Part shown: one piece after another, positions 26,616 through 38,144 of the stretch
Layout of the letters: every line of letters begins with the position of its first letter
Position numbering within the stretch: position 1 is the first letter of the stretch
Assembly (NCBI GenBank): GCA_900617105.1
Contig: UYFQ01000277.1
Span: 1-49,998 of the forward strand
Direction of reading: 5' to 3'
DNA length: 49,998 bases
From: Hydrurus foetidus
Taxonomy: Eukaryota
Program-made: the position numbers and the translations under genes
The notes under the pieces: model-generated
What the model saw: only the letters and a program-made list of their open reading frames with translations
Database searches by the model: none
Told to the model about the DNA's origin: nothing

Positions 26616-28811
26616 ATGGATGACCTTGACAATGATGAAACCGACTTAGCAGAGGCAATCATTGATGGTCGAAAATGCGACAACACAAAGAAGCAATATC
26701 AGCGAAAGTTTGAGCACTTTCGTGCATGGATGGAAGAGAAATACCCCCAGTGCTTACGTGATGATGACAATACGATCGATTTACCGACGGTTGAAAAGAG
26801 TCATTTAGTGCAGTTTTTTGGCCACATCTGCAAAAAGAAGTCTAAAACTGGTGAATATATATCGCCTGTGCAGTACCAGTCATTTCAACATGTCAGCGGA
26901 TACAAGAGTGCAATAAAGGATTATTTCGGTAACCAAGATTGCAATATTAAGGAAGAAATAGAAAAGTTTTTCAAAAAGTTCACTGGTGGATATATGAGAA
27001 AAGTAGCAGGACTCAAACAGGATGGCGAGATGTCAATCGTCGAGGGCAAGATGCCAATGTCTTTTAGAGGATACAAGTTTCTAGCTGCAAAAGCTACAAT
27101 CGACAAGGGAGGGGACGACGACGAAAAACTTTCGATTTTTTCGCATTTCTTTCTACTCATGTGCTGGAACTTGATCGCAAGATGCGTATCAGTGGGGTCT
27201 TTAATGTACAATCATATCTCGTGGGAGAATGACTCGTTGGTGATTGTATTCCCATCTCACAAGGGAGACAAGGACGGCAAGAAAGCATTGCCTAAACACG
27301 TCTATGCAAATACACTCGAGCCAGCAGTATGCCCAATTTTAAGCTTCGCGATATACTTGTTTACAAAAGGTTACGACAGGGAGGGTTCGAAAACGACTAT
27401 ATTCGCTGGAGATGCAGAGAGCAGATTCAGTAAATGGTTGAAAAAGGTGTGTGAAGTCAACAAGGAGGTTTTACAGAATCAGGGAGTTGATATTTCAATG
27501 ATCGGTACCCATTCCTTTCGAAAAGGAATAGCGTCATTTCTCAGCGGAACTCCAGGTGGACCGACAGCTATCGCAATTTATTTACGCGCGGGTTGGAGTC
27601 TAGGTCCAGTGCAATCCAGATACATACTGGAAGTGGAAGGTGGGGATCAAGTGTGCGGCAGGGCTGCAACTGGCCTTCCGCTGACGGATGTGGCATTTGC
27701 TAACCTACCTGCTCATTTCTTGACTCTAGATAGCGGACTTACTACGGCGGAATGGGAGGAGATTTTACCGGGCTACACAACATATTATCCACTCAGCTTT
27801 CGAGAGGTAGTGCCCTTTCTCTTGGCATCACTTGTTCATCATCGGCCTTATCTCTTGGAAGTGCAAGCCAAGCACCCAAGACATCCGCTGTTTTGCAGAG
27901 AATATGGACAGGAGGGATTCTTGAGAGGCTACAAGATAAAGTCAGCGCAGGATGTAACCGCAATCCAATCAGTAAAATGTTCGCGACAGGTGTTCCACCT
28001 CACCTGGTGCTAGCGAATCGTATGGCAGACATGCAGAAAGGGATGGATGCCATAAGATTAGAGGTCATATCTAAGCTCGAAGCGTTACCAGAGGCGTTGA
28101 AACAGAGTATGCTACAGAATTTTCAAATCGATGGTACAGTACCCATCACTCACCTTCAAGTTGTCGATATGATGGAAAGCCTGCGGATCTCTATACAGAA
28201 TACCGTCCAATCTGCACTGCTTCAGAATCAGATAGCCTCTTCGGCACCAGCAGCTACTGTACCCCCGATCGTAACTGGCACTGACACTCTCTCCACGATC
28301 ACGACTTACCGAACATGGACATGGAACTCGAGAATTCATCCTGTTCCAATCGAGTTCCGATTTCCAAAGTAAGTGTCGCTCTGTAGAAATTAACAGCAAC
28401 AATGATAACAATCATTCCTTTGTCAATCTTAGGTGCAATGTCCGCACTCTCTGGGATTTGTGGCTTTTCGGAAACATCACCGAGAACATAGCCCCTTACA
28501 GGATGCTTCACGTCTGGGACTTGGGTACGAAGACCGACTCTTCACTACTATCAAAGGGAGCGAAAGTAATCCAAAAGCTAGAGCAGATCGCAACAGAGAA
28601 TGAACCAGGCCTACAGCTGAGGCAGTTGAGCGTAGCTGCATCGAGAGCAGTATTTGCCTCGGCATTTAACGCCCTCAGCATTTTGGTATCAACAAGCGCG
28701 TCAATCGAGGACATCGATCGCCGACACTATGGCGAATCCAGTTACCTCACTATATATGATCTAATCAGTAAAATGAAAAAAAGAACCTCCGCTCAAGCTG
28801 CTTTGAATTAA
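26616..28811 (+). pseudogene. Crypton tyrosine recombinase, copy 3 (frameshifted as assembled, plus G->V change)
   Basis: Same T4 run at 27891-27894, plus G->T at 27634 (RYILEGE -> RYILEVE), four residues after the catalytic Tyr. Confidence 0.75.
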
Positions 28812-30369
28812 TTTTGCGTTTACATGTTGCAGCACTGGTCCTGATGAAGTGACATCGACACTACCTTGATACATTTCTATTTATTCATGCTTGTAAAACT
28901 TAAACAGTGAGGTGATACCATGCAACTTGTTTGCTCAAAGTATGCTGTCGAAGAAGCGATGAAAAAAGTTGGTTTGATACCTATTGGCCTCAGCACACAA
29001 CAGAAAGTAGTTAGGATTACAGAATATAGTCGGCAACGACTTAGCAACTTTGAAGAAGTTTCGATGCAACGTTAACTAGCCAGTGATGCATTTAACAGGA
29101 GTCCATCAGACAGCGGCAGTCGAAACGACACAGTAACAACAGTAACCGTAAGTATTCAGTGATACATTTGACTGTCGTCCATCAGAGAGCGGCAGTTGAA
29201 ATGACACAGTGACAACAGTAACAGTAAGTATCCAGAGATGCAGTTGTGCAGTTGCGATGCATGAGATTGATGAGACATACAGCAGCATCAGGAATGACTC
29301 GACGACAACAGTAACAAAGGCATCCAGTAATGCATTTGATTGTCAACAGTCCGACTCAAGCAGTCGAAATGACACAGCGACAAGTAGCAAGTAATACTCA
29401 TAGATACTACAGGTGTCGCCCATCAGACAACAGCCGACTCGCTTGGCGACAGCACTGTCGCTGTTGCAGCAGCAGTAATAAATCAGCGATGATAAAATAA
29501 TCGAGTAGCCAGTGCTACATCAGACAGCAGCACAACGTTGCGCACAACGTTGTGGAAGGAGCCGCGTATGCTGTCGCTCTCGACTAGCGCTCGATCATGA
29601 TATTAATCCAGTGCCCTGCGTTTCAAATTTTGCCAGCGTTTTGTTAGAGATCGTTAGAATATGGCTTGTACTACAGGGATCAAAATTTCAGATTAAATAT
29701 GATAAAGATTGTGCGAGCTACCATCAGTGAGCTGCATGTTCGATATGACAGGTTGACCGCGATGACAATTTAAGGAATCCATTCCGGCGAGAGCTGAGGT
29801 CATGTGATCAGCGATTGAATGAAACTCTGTCGGCAACGAATGGCGCCTCTGCGGCGGTGATAATCTCCCTCAACGACGGAAGGGAATTTAAGGGGCGCTA
29901 TTCACAACCTAGCGTCAGCCAAATGTCCGCAAGAGAGCCACCGCAACGATATCTGAAAATAGCCAGAAACGGCTCCATCGAAGAAATTCAAAATCCCAAT
30001 GAAAGAAGTTCTTCATCCCGCGTTTCGAAGTGAGGAGATATGAGAGTTGGATGATCTGTGGAGTAAATGTCTTCATCTTCGTGAAGAACGGAAGTCCAAG
30101 CAATACCTGAAAAGAATTACACGGTATTTATGATGTCCCCAAAGGGGTTACTTCGTAGAAGTTTCGTGATGGCGTGGGTTATTAAAATGACCTGCTTTTG
30201 CGAAATTTTTATGTTTACACCTCTTACAACTATCTCTCCATTAATTTGGGCAGAAGACCTCTGGAGTGCAAGCTTACGGTGCGATATCAGTCCGTAGTGT
30301 AATTTGAAGAGGTGCAACCCTCGTGACATGACGATAAATGCTCGATGGTAGCTTTTAAAATGAACTGGC

Positions 30370-33300
30370 GGCGACCTTTACGGTTACCCCAGCTGGGATT
30401 TCCGATAACGTACAAAACGGATTTTGAGTGGCGCCACCACCCAGAAAATTCTCGTCATTTTCGCACTCAAATTTAAGGTCCTTTTTTTCCGGAAACGCAG
30501 CACACGAGACATCTCAATCGACTTCGCCAAATGAATATTTACAATCGCTGTTCATCATCCAGCAGCAGAGCACAATAGCGACGCAATATCATCTGAGGCT
30601 TCACGGACGTTATCGGTGGAGTTCGTCAAGAGAATACGAGCGCAATTTATTTCCACTTGTTTCGACCTGAATCGACTTTTATATTCGTGATTGACTGATT
30701 TCGAGGTTCGGCATCAACTGCACTTTTTCAAGCGACAAGGCCTAGCGATCTCTGAACTCTGCGATACCAGAGGATTCGATTTAGAGTAGTCTATAGGCTT
30801 ATTTGAGGATTCAGCAGGGCTCTGGTTAGCGGTAGTTGGAGATTCAGATTTTTTTAGCATGGAGCAAGTGACGCGGAAAAGGAAGCTTAGGAGCCCTTTG
30901 ATCGTAGACATTGGCGACATTATATTTGTAATAAACAGATCTATTCGCCAATGCATCTTTGACTACGAAAGCAGTTTTATCGGCGATTGCGGACCAGCAA
31001 AGAAGACAGTCTTGGCAGAATTTGCGCTTCTGGAGATATTTCCGTACGATGACGAAATCGCGCTATCATTTCTTCTCTTCCTAGCGAGTAATCGAGTCTT
31101 TTCTCACGTTGCTTGTGAATATGGGATATCAGTGAATGGCCGATGTAGAGGACCGGCAACTCGCCTCATGATAAATTTGGGAGTATGGAGACTCTTCGCA
31201 GTCAGAGACTTAGAACCCGCTTACACGACTTTTCTGGATGGTAGAGCTAAGAAGAATTTGAACTTTAGCACAGAAAAGGAGAAACAAATTTCTAGTATCG
31301 ACAAATTAGATGAAATTGTCTTGAAAAGAATGCTTGGACAAAAGGGTAGAAAAGATGGTCTGCTGTTGCACATTACTGGGATATATGCAAAAATCGATAA
31401 TCTGAATGAGTTAATCAAAGAAATGGGAAGCGATCAAATAGAAATGTGTGATACAATCGATTCTTTGAAAAAACTAATTCAACGTGAACAGAAAAAGACA
31501 GAGAACGCGAAAAGAAGTGTTTCTGCACAGAAAGGAATGATAACAAAAAGATTAAATGCTTTAGATTTGGAAACAACTAATCGAAATATGAAATGGTTGC
31601 AATCTACATCACAAATCGCAAAACACCGTGGATACAATAAAATGATAGCAACAAAGAACTCTAATAAGTTACAAAAAGAGATGAAAATAATAAAAAAGAA
31701 CGAGATGGAAATTGCAACTTCAAAAATTTCACTTCCTCTCCTCATCTTTGATTGTCTTAAGGAGAGTATTTCATTATTAAATGTACATAATAATAACAAA
31801 AAATTGAGATCTGCACTCTCCATCTTGATTCCAATAATAATTCCGAGTACTTCTAAGCGGACTGAGCAAAATCATAGCAATCATTCAATAGGCAATTTGC
31901 TGGGCTTTAATGAAAAGTCAAGGATAGCGAAACACTATTTCGAAAGAAGTAATGAAGTACATAAACTTAAACTTATTAACAGGGAATTTTTGACTGTAAA
32001 AATGATTGAAGATGCCTTATTGCCATTAGAAAGGTACGACAACTTATTTCTTGGTAAAATAACTTGATAACATGATAATCACATATTACTTAATAACTTA
32101 ATAAGTGAATCAGGAATATGCAGTAAAAATTATGTTCTAATTGAATAATTTTATTGTTGAACACATACAACAGGAAAAAGCGGAGCGATAGATTACCAGA
32201 GAGTGATCGACTACTCGCTGAGCAATTTTGGATTGCGAACACAGAAGTATCTCCCAATTCAAAAGACGTTATTCGCCTTCGTACTGTGAATTCTCCTATT
32301 ATTGAACACATGATACACCGACAGTATCGGACAAACGAGGCTATACACATAAGCTTCCTACTTGAATCGGGATCCCGAAAGATGTCTCGAACAGTTTTTG
32401 ATGACTGCAAGCCTTGGTTCGTGAAACCGGGAAAAGTCGACACATGTCTTTGTAAAGTATGTGAGGACTTTCGCCTTGTCAAGAAAGCTGCGACGTATAA
32501 TTACGAGTTACTTCAGCGACCTTACCACAATCTCAGAATCTTAGGCAGATTTTTGTTCGCTGCGTGTACGACTTTAAAAATGATGAGGCGTAAGTACGGA
32601 GAGTACAGACTGTATGAGAAAAATGCAGTAGAAAAAAGAATGTTAACATTGCTTTTCGGATGTGTGCGACAAGTTGAAGCTGCTTACAGGAGACCATTGT
32701 GTGTTTATGAGTTCTGCTGTACAGGTATGTCTATGGACGATATCGTTGCGAGTGTACTATGCCGGAGTGCGATGCCATGCGGTGACCACATAGGGAAACC
32801 TGCCTGCTATGGTGAATGCAAGAAGGAGAGTGTGTGTTCATCATGCTTCGGACCATTGGGTCCAATGCGAAGAGTGTACAGGAAACTTCAAATTGAAAGC
32901 GATGTCGAGACTGGAGGTTGGACCCCACTGGATAGTATGTTATACACGACGTACAGTAACAAGAAGGGCGAAGAATCATCTCAGATGTCTCTACTTTACG
33001 AAGTGAAAGTACACCCATCTAAATTCATGGAACACTTTTCGGAAAAACTAGCAGAATATTGCAAACATGTGGCAAAACTGCGTAGGCAGAAACATGCTCA
33101 CAGGGAACAGGATCGTAACTTCTTGCCAGATGCTCTAACAGTGGACATAGACTCTTCACAAAACTTTGTGTATACTGATAGAATACACGCCATTCAGTCT
33201 GACCATTGGAAGAGTTCATCGACAACTATCTTTGTCGCTGTTGTCCGATACTTTTGTTATGAATCTTGGAACAGACCTCCCATTGCATTGAAGAAAGGAC

Positions 33301-34919
33301 AGTCTGTTTCTATAGTCAAAGACACCGACGATGGAGGTGGTAGAGTTTATGTGTACGGTGAGGTAGAGATTGATCAAGCACTTAACAGTGAGAGCATTTG
33401 CGTGCGACATCCTACTATGATGAATGCAGAGAACTATGCATGTGAAAACGTCAGAGTGAGAGAAGTGGTATCTGTACCACTCATAGTTATTTCTGACTCA
33501 AAGCTTCATGATACGTACTTCGTACGTTACTTTCTTTCGGGAATCTTGCTCGGTGAAAAGGGATGGTTGTACACGCAAACAAGGGAAGTAGGGCTTGGTG
33601 AAAGAATAAAAACATTGCATATCTGTAGCGATGGGGCTGCAGCACATTTTAAGCAAAAAGGGAGTCTACATTATATTACAGGCTTATCAGTCACCTCGGC
33701 TTTAAACATGACATGGACCTTCGGTTGTCCAGGACACGGGAAAGGAACTTGGGATGGGCTTGGCGGTATAATAAAAAATAAAACAGGCCATTACTTGAAA
33801 GCAGAGGACAAATTTGTCTCAAGTGCCAAGGAGGTTTTCGACATCATTCATGAACTGTTTGCAAGTTCGAAGGCACAGGCTAGATTTGATGCTAATCCTA
33901 GCATCAAAATAAAGGAATGGAAAATATTATGGTTACCTGATTCTATCATAATTCGTCCAACTGCTCCAGCTAAGAGGAATGCAGAAGAAAAAAAGGAAAG
34001 AAGAAAGAGGAAGAAGAGGGAGGGAATGATGACGAAAGTGGAGAAATAAATAAAATCGGTCCTCTTAAGGCATTTCATAATGTCGGAACAAGAGGGATTT
34101 TCTACTATAGAGCCGAACATAGGGATGGCTTCAGTGTAAGGCTTAGTGCTTGTCACTGTTGTTATTGTATTAGAGATTATCATGCAAATGGTATGGGGTC
34201 AGTACCCTCTGGCTGTTTAAGTGTAGAGGGCTGCCAATACCTAATATGCCAGCGACTAGATGATGAGTGGAAATTAGAAAACGAATTGCTAATCGCAAGA
34301 GTTTCTGATAGATTAGAGGGACGTGTCATGGAAGGTAGCATAGTTGCTATTGGTCACACCGCTCTGGTTCAAGGGTCTAGTAACAACATTTTTGCATCAT
34401 TTGATATCGGCAAAATTATCAAAATTAACGATGATAACTCATACAATTTACTCTTATATGTTAGAAATCTTAATAGCATGACATACACGAAGCCAACGAT
34501 TAACAACGCAATTAATATTCCTCACAACAGAATTCGTTTCATTGTGCGTGAGAGAGTAGATGACGTAAATGAAAGCGTTGTCTTAGACAATTCTTTGGTC
34601 AATAGAATAGTAAAAATTTGTTTTAATGGATCAGACTAATATATTAGATTTCATAAGTTCTAATCTAATGAAAAATATCATGATGTTATGTTCAAAAATA
34701 AATATTGAGAAAAGAACGGGGGTAAAAATAACTCTCATAAATTAAAAAAATTCATAGAAATTAAAAAAATTATATTTCACCTATAACTCACAGGAAGTGA
34801 TGATAGTGTTATTTCCTATCCATGGCCGAAGTATTGAGTCATAAAATTCATTTTTAAAGAAGTTAGGACGTTTTCCGATTTTACGGGTCAGAGTGGTCGG
34901 GGTAACCGTAAAGGTCGCC
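30370..34919 (+). mobile_element. Cut-and-paste DNA transposon, Sola2-like, 4550 bp
   Basis: Perfect 21-bp TIR GGCGACCTTTACGGTTACCCC (30370-30390) / GGGGTAACCGTAAAGGTCGCC (34899-34919). 4-bp TSD TGGC (30366-30369, 34920-34923). Encodes a DDD transposase. Confidence 0.85.
30859..34639 (+). CDS. Sola2-like DDD transposase (~1213 aa if spliced and one frameshift is corrected)
   Basis: Phase-compatible intron 32034-32173 joins the 402-aa and 631-aa ORFs. Motifs: CLCKVCE zinc motif, VDIDSSQNF, SDGAAAHFKQK, GHGKGTWDGLGG. A -1 shift at the A7 run (33988-33994) continues into GTRGIFYYR...RLSACHCCYC and the 148-aa ORF. Superfamily assigned from remembered motifs. Confidence 0.72.
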
Positions 34920-35610
34920 TGGCGTTAATGGTTCTTAAGATACGAACTTTTTGAACTCTGCCGCAGAACGAGGCTAACTAACGTCTGCCTGAAGGAAAGG
35001 GCTCTACAGTTCATGCATAGCGATTAGTATCAATACATCAGAGTACACCAAGTGATTAATTTCAATCCGCAAATTGTTTGACAGTCTTGACTAAATGAGG
35101 AGCCAATGTGACGACGGAATGATCTCTATAGAAAGTTCAGATTTTTTCCTTATAACAATCCTTGAATTTTATCAGCTTTCATCATGCAAAGAAAAGGTGG
35201 TACATCTAGCAATAAACCACCTCTCGTGGCACAACTCAACTCAGAGAGCGAGAAACGTCATTTATGGCGGTTCCAACGTTCCAACTCAACTGTATGTACG
35301 TACGTTTTTTTCCAAATTCAAATCCAACCAAAAAGTTTGCCACACAGGTGAGCTAGCCTTGGCATTCTTCGATTCTGCCACTAAATTTTTAGATTCTGCT
35401 AGCAGAATTCTGCTGCCATTGATAGAATTCTGCCACTAGATAAATAAATTCTGCCACCAACGAAAGTAATTCTGCTGATAAAGTCTAAACTCTGCTAGCA
35501 TTCTGCTGCGCAGGAAATCACTTCAATAACTAGGGCTGGTGTCTACGACCAATGGCCACAGCAGCGGCCACGGCCAGTCCTACAGCCAAGGTAGCCAAAA
35601 CCGTTTATTT

Positions 35611-35667
35611 ACGGCATGAAAATTGACGGCATGAAAGTTAACGGCATGAAAGTTAATGGCATGAAAG
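35611..35667. repeat. 4 x 15-bp tandem repeat ACGGCATGAAAGTTA
   Basis: Visible; lies 80 bp downstream of a TAGGGCTG motif at 35531. Confidence 0.85.
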
Positions 35668-35992
35668 GAATGACGTTAAATTATAAACTTCAAATTTGAG
35701 AACGTCAAGTATGATATATATATCACAACATAGATGTAGTGGAGTCAAAAATCATGAAGGAATTCAACCACAGTCGCAATCTGTGCATGATGGCTGCTCT
35801 TCTTCCGCCAATGACGGCGGAACAACAGGAGTGGCTAAGACTCAGCGGAGATGACGTTGGGAATGTTTTTGTGGATGCGGCTGGTATCGATCTGACGGAC
35901 CCTGATCACCCAGGCGCCAGCACACGTGATGCTAGGAAATTCTACAGTGTTGAATCGACAGTGTTGAATCTCACTTTGAGCGATTTTTGTTC

Positions 35993-37419
35993 TACTGAAA
36001 AACTGTTTCAACAACCACTGCTGCTAGGGCATCTCCATACAAAGATTTTTCCAAAAGCTTAATAGATAGGACAATCAACAAATCTCACAACCTGCCATGA
36101 TGAAAACAAAGTGCATGTTAGACTTGTGTAGAACAGAAGTTGATGGCCAATTATAAATTAAACAACAACTCAGTCAATTACCATCGCCAGACATTCAGCT
36201 ACATTAATTATTCCGTCGGAGCAAAGAGAGAAGCCGGTTACTTGAATCAGTTCTTCTTTTGATTTTGCTGCTTCCATATCATTTAGCACAGGAATAAAGC
36301 TAGCGCAGGAATCCTTAGGAAGAGTGCAATGGAGATCTTCAAATAGATCTCTGACCGAATTTTTGAAATCTAGTACTGTGAAAGGAGTCCCAGTTCTAAG
36401 CAGCGCATAAGTAACCTTCATCCTACAAGCCAGAGTATCCAAAGGCAGAGCAAGGCCTGCTGTTGATACCGTGCTTTCTCTTTTTTGAATAGCTGCAGCA
36501 TATATGACTAGTGTTTGCTGATTTTTATCTTTCAGCTGGATATTCCCGATGTGAGATTTGCCGTTCAAATGTTCCTTTATTGTCGAGTACTTCAGCGATA
36601 ACTTCGTGTTGCATATCATACAAACAAGGTCGAAGCCATCAACCTTGAATGGGGCATTTGGAAACTCTCTTTTCCGATCAATGGCCAACTTTTCTTTTAT
36701 ATTTCTCCCATTCTTTCTCTTTTTTCTCTGATAGACTCCTTCAGTTGTTTTCAATACCCTTTTTCTCGCTAACGTGCTGTGAGCTGGAAGGTTCCTGACG
36801 ATATCGTCATAAATAATTTCGTCATCTTCCTCCTTGTGAACGTGCGAACCGCCTCCTTCATCATCGTCATAGTCGTCATCGTCACTGTCACTGTCTTTTT
36901 CATCATCGATCTTGGCATTCTCTACGTAATCCGCATCTTCATCATCTTCATCACTCCTCTTTAAAATGGTCGCATGCTGTATAAACGGCTGTAACAGTCA
37001 TCATAAAAAAGTTAAATATATATAAACACTTTGGTCGGTTGAACTTGAGTATGAAGTAAGCTTACCACTTTTCTCTGCGTTTGACCAACAGGGGGTTCCA
37101 CATTCTTTGAGTCTGAAGGACGGAAAAAATGATTTATTTTGGCCTTATCTCTAAAAATGTAATTTCTGATCGAGGACGACTGCGGCTGCGAACAATTTTC
37201 CTCGGCATTTTTCTTTGTAGCAGTTGCAGTATTAGATACGCTTGAAAAATTTGGCCAGCTAGAATTTGTACTTGATGAACTAGAACTTGACGAACTTGAG
37301 CCAAAACTGTGATTAGGGAGATGTGTCCAACAGATCCCCATGTTGCAAATGTCGCAAGAATCATACAATGGTATGCGGCAGTCATAGTACTCACAGAGGC
37401 CTCTTCGATCTAAGTCCAT
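35993..37419 (-). pseudogene. Truncated hAT-like transposase
   Basis: Cys/His N-terminal motif (CEYYDC...CDIC...CWTH), intron ~36963-37030, acidic tract, C2H2/BED-like finger CMICNTKLS...EHLNGKSH, first catalytic strand FSLCSDG...LAMV/VVRFVD. Then a frameshifted LSIKLLEKSLYGDALAAVVVETV and an abrupt end. Confidence 0.6.
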
Positions 37420-37791
37420 AGTTCAATATTTTAGCACTTCTGCCATTCACTCGTGATATAGCAGAAGCCATCAGCATCTGCATCTGCATCTGCCATCAGC
37501 CATCAGATGATGGTTCGTTGATTAAGGTGCTGTAAATTTAAATTCTTCTACTAGAAATAAAACTTCTGCTGCTAAAATGTATTTTCTGCTACTCAAAATA
37601 AATTCTGCCAGTGAAAAATTTAAACTCTGCCACTAAAATCCATATTCTGCTGCTAGAAAAAAATTCTGCCACTAAACAGTACATTCTGCTCAAATTCTGC
37701 TGGCAGTTGCCAGTAAATGCTGCTGAGTGTAAATTCTGCTGATATTCTGCTAGCGTAATCGACGAATGCCAAAGCTGGCCCCTCTTTGGTT

Positions 37792-38119
37792 TGTTGGATA
37801 TATCTGAGTTCATGACACGAACACATTATGTGTACTTATGCATTCGTACAGCCGTACGGATTATTTGTGTGTGTGTGTGTGTGCTCGCGTGCGAAGATGT
37901 ATGGACCTAAGCGGGACGCTGTACTTCAAGTGTAGTGTAGGTTTGAATTGTTGCTGCGTTGAAAGGGACTCGGGGACTTCAGCAGGGATGAAGCACAGTC
38001 AAATTAACAAGTGATTATTGACAACAAGCGTCTCATTTCACAAGCCTTGGTAATCGAACCTCCAGACCGAAGGTCCACGTTCCGAACTCGGGTGCTCAGA
38101 ACCAAAAGGTTCTCCAACA
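37792..38119 (+). repeat. Copia 5' LTR (328 bp; right end inferred from the terminal inverted repeat)
   Basis: Direct repeat of 49754-49998 apart from (GT)n length. Confidence 0.85.
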
Positions 38120-38144
38120 TAATTTGACTGGCACCAGCATTGAC

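Larger units (their letters stand above)
18659..30189 (+). mobile_element. Head-to-tail trimer of a Crypton-type (CryptonS-like) tyrosine-recombinase DNA transposon; units of 3842, 3841 and 3841 bp
   Basis: Three near-identical units bounded by TAAAATG at 18659-18665, 22501-22507, 26342-26348 and 30183-30189. No TIRs and no RT. Each unit encodes a tyrosine recombinase. Confidence 0.9.
35354..37777 (-). mobile_element. Internally rearranged hAT-like transposon
   Basis: Imperfect TIRs: TAGCCTTGGCATTCTTCGATT at 35354 versus reverse complement CAGCTTTGGCATTCGTCGATT ending 37777. Dense ATTCTGC(C/T) subterminal repeats at both ends. Partial transposase. No 8-bp TSD visible. Confidence 0.65.

Noticed and set aside
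30356..30362. Additional TAAAATG just before the Sola-like TIR
   Set aside because: An AT-rich 7-mer expected by chance, and it lacks the downstream TTTTRCGAA half-site.
18550..30369. A ~100-codon minus-strand frame that stays open across the reconstructed empty Crypton site (…ISQKQVIL-LYFLPIEGRQ…)
   Set aside because: No recognisable motifs, and it closes a few codons past the Sola junction. It may be chance, so I did not call it an interrupted host gene.
35371..37752. CRISPR-like or iteron array of ATTCTGC repeats
   Set aside because: Short motifs next to TIRs are better explained as transposon subterminal repeats.
35346..37785. 8-bp TSD for the hAT-like element
   Set aside because: The flanks AGGTGAGC and GCCCCTCT do not match, so the boundaries remain tentative.
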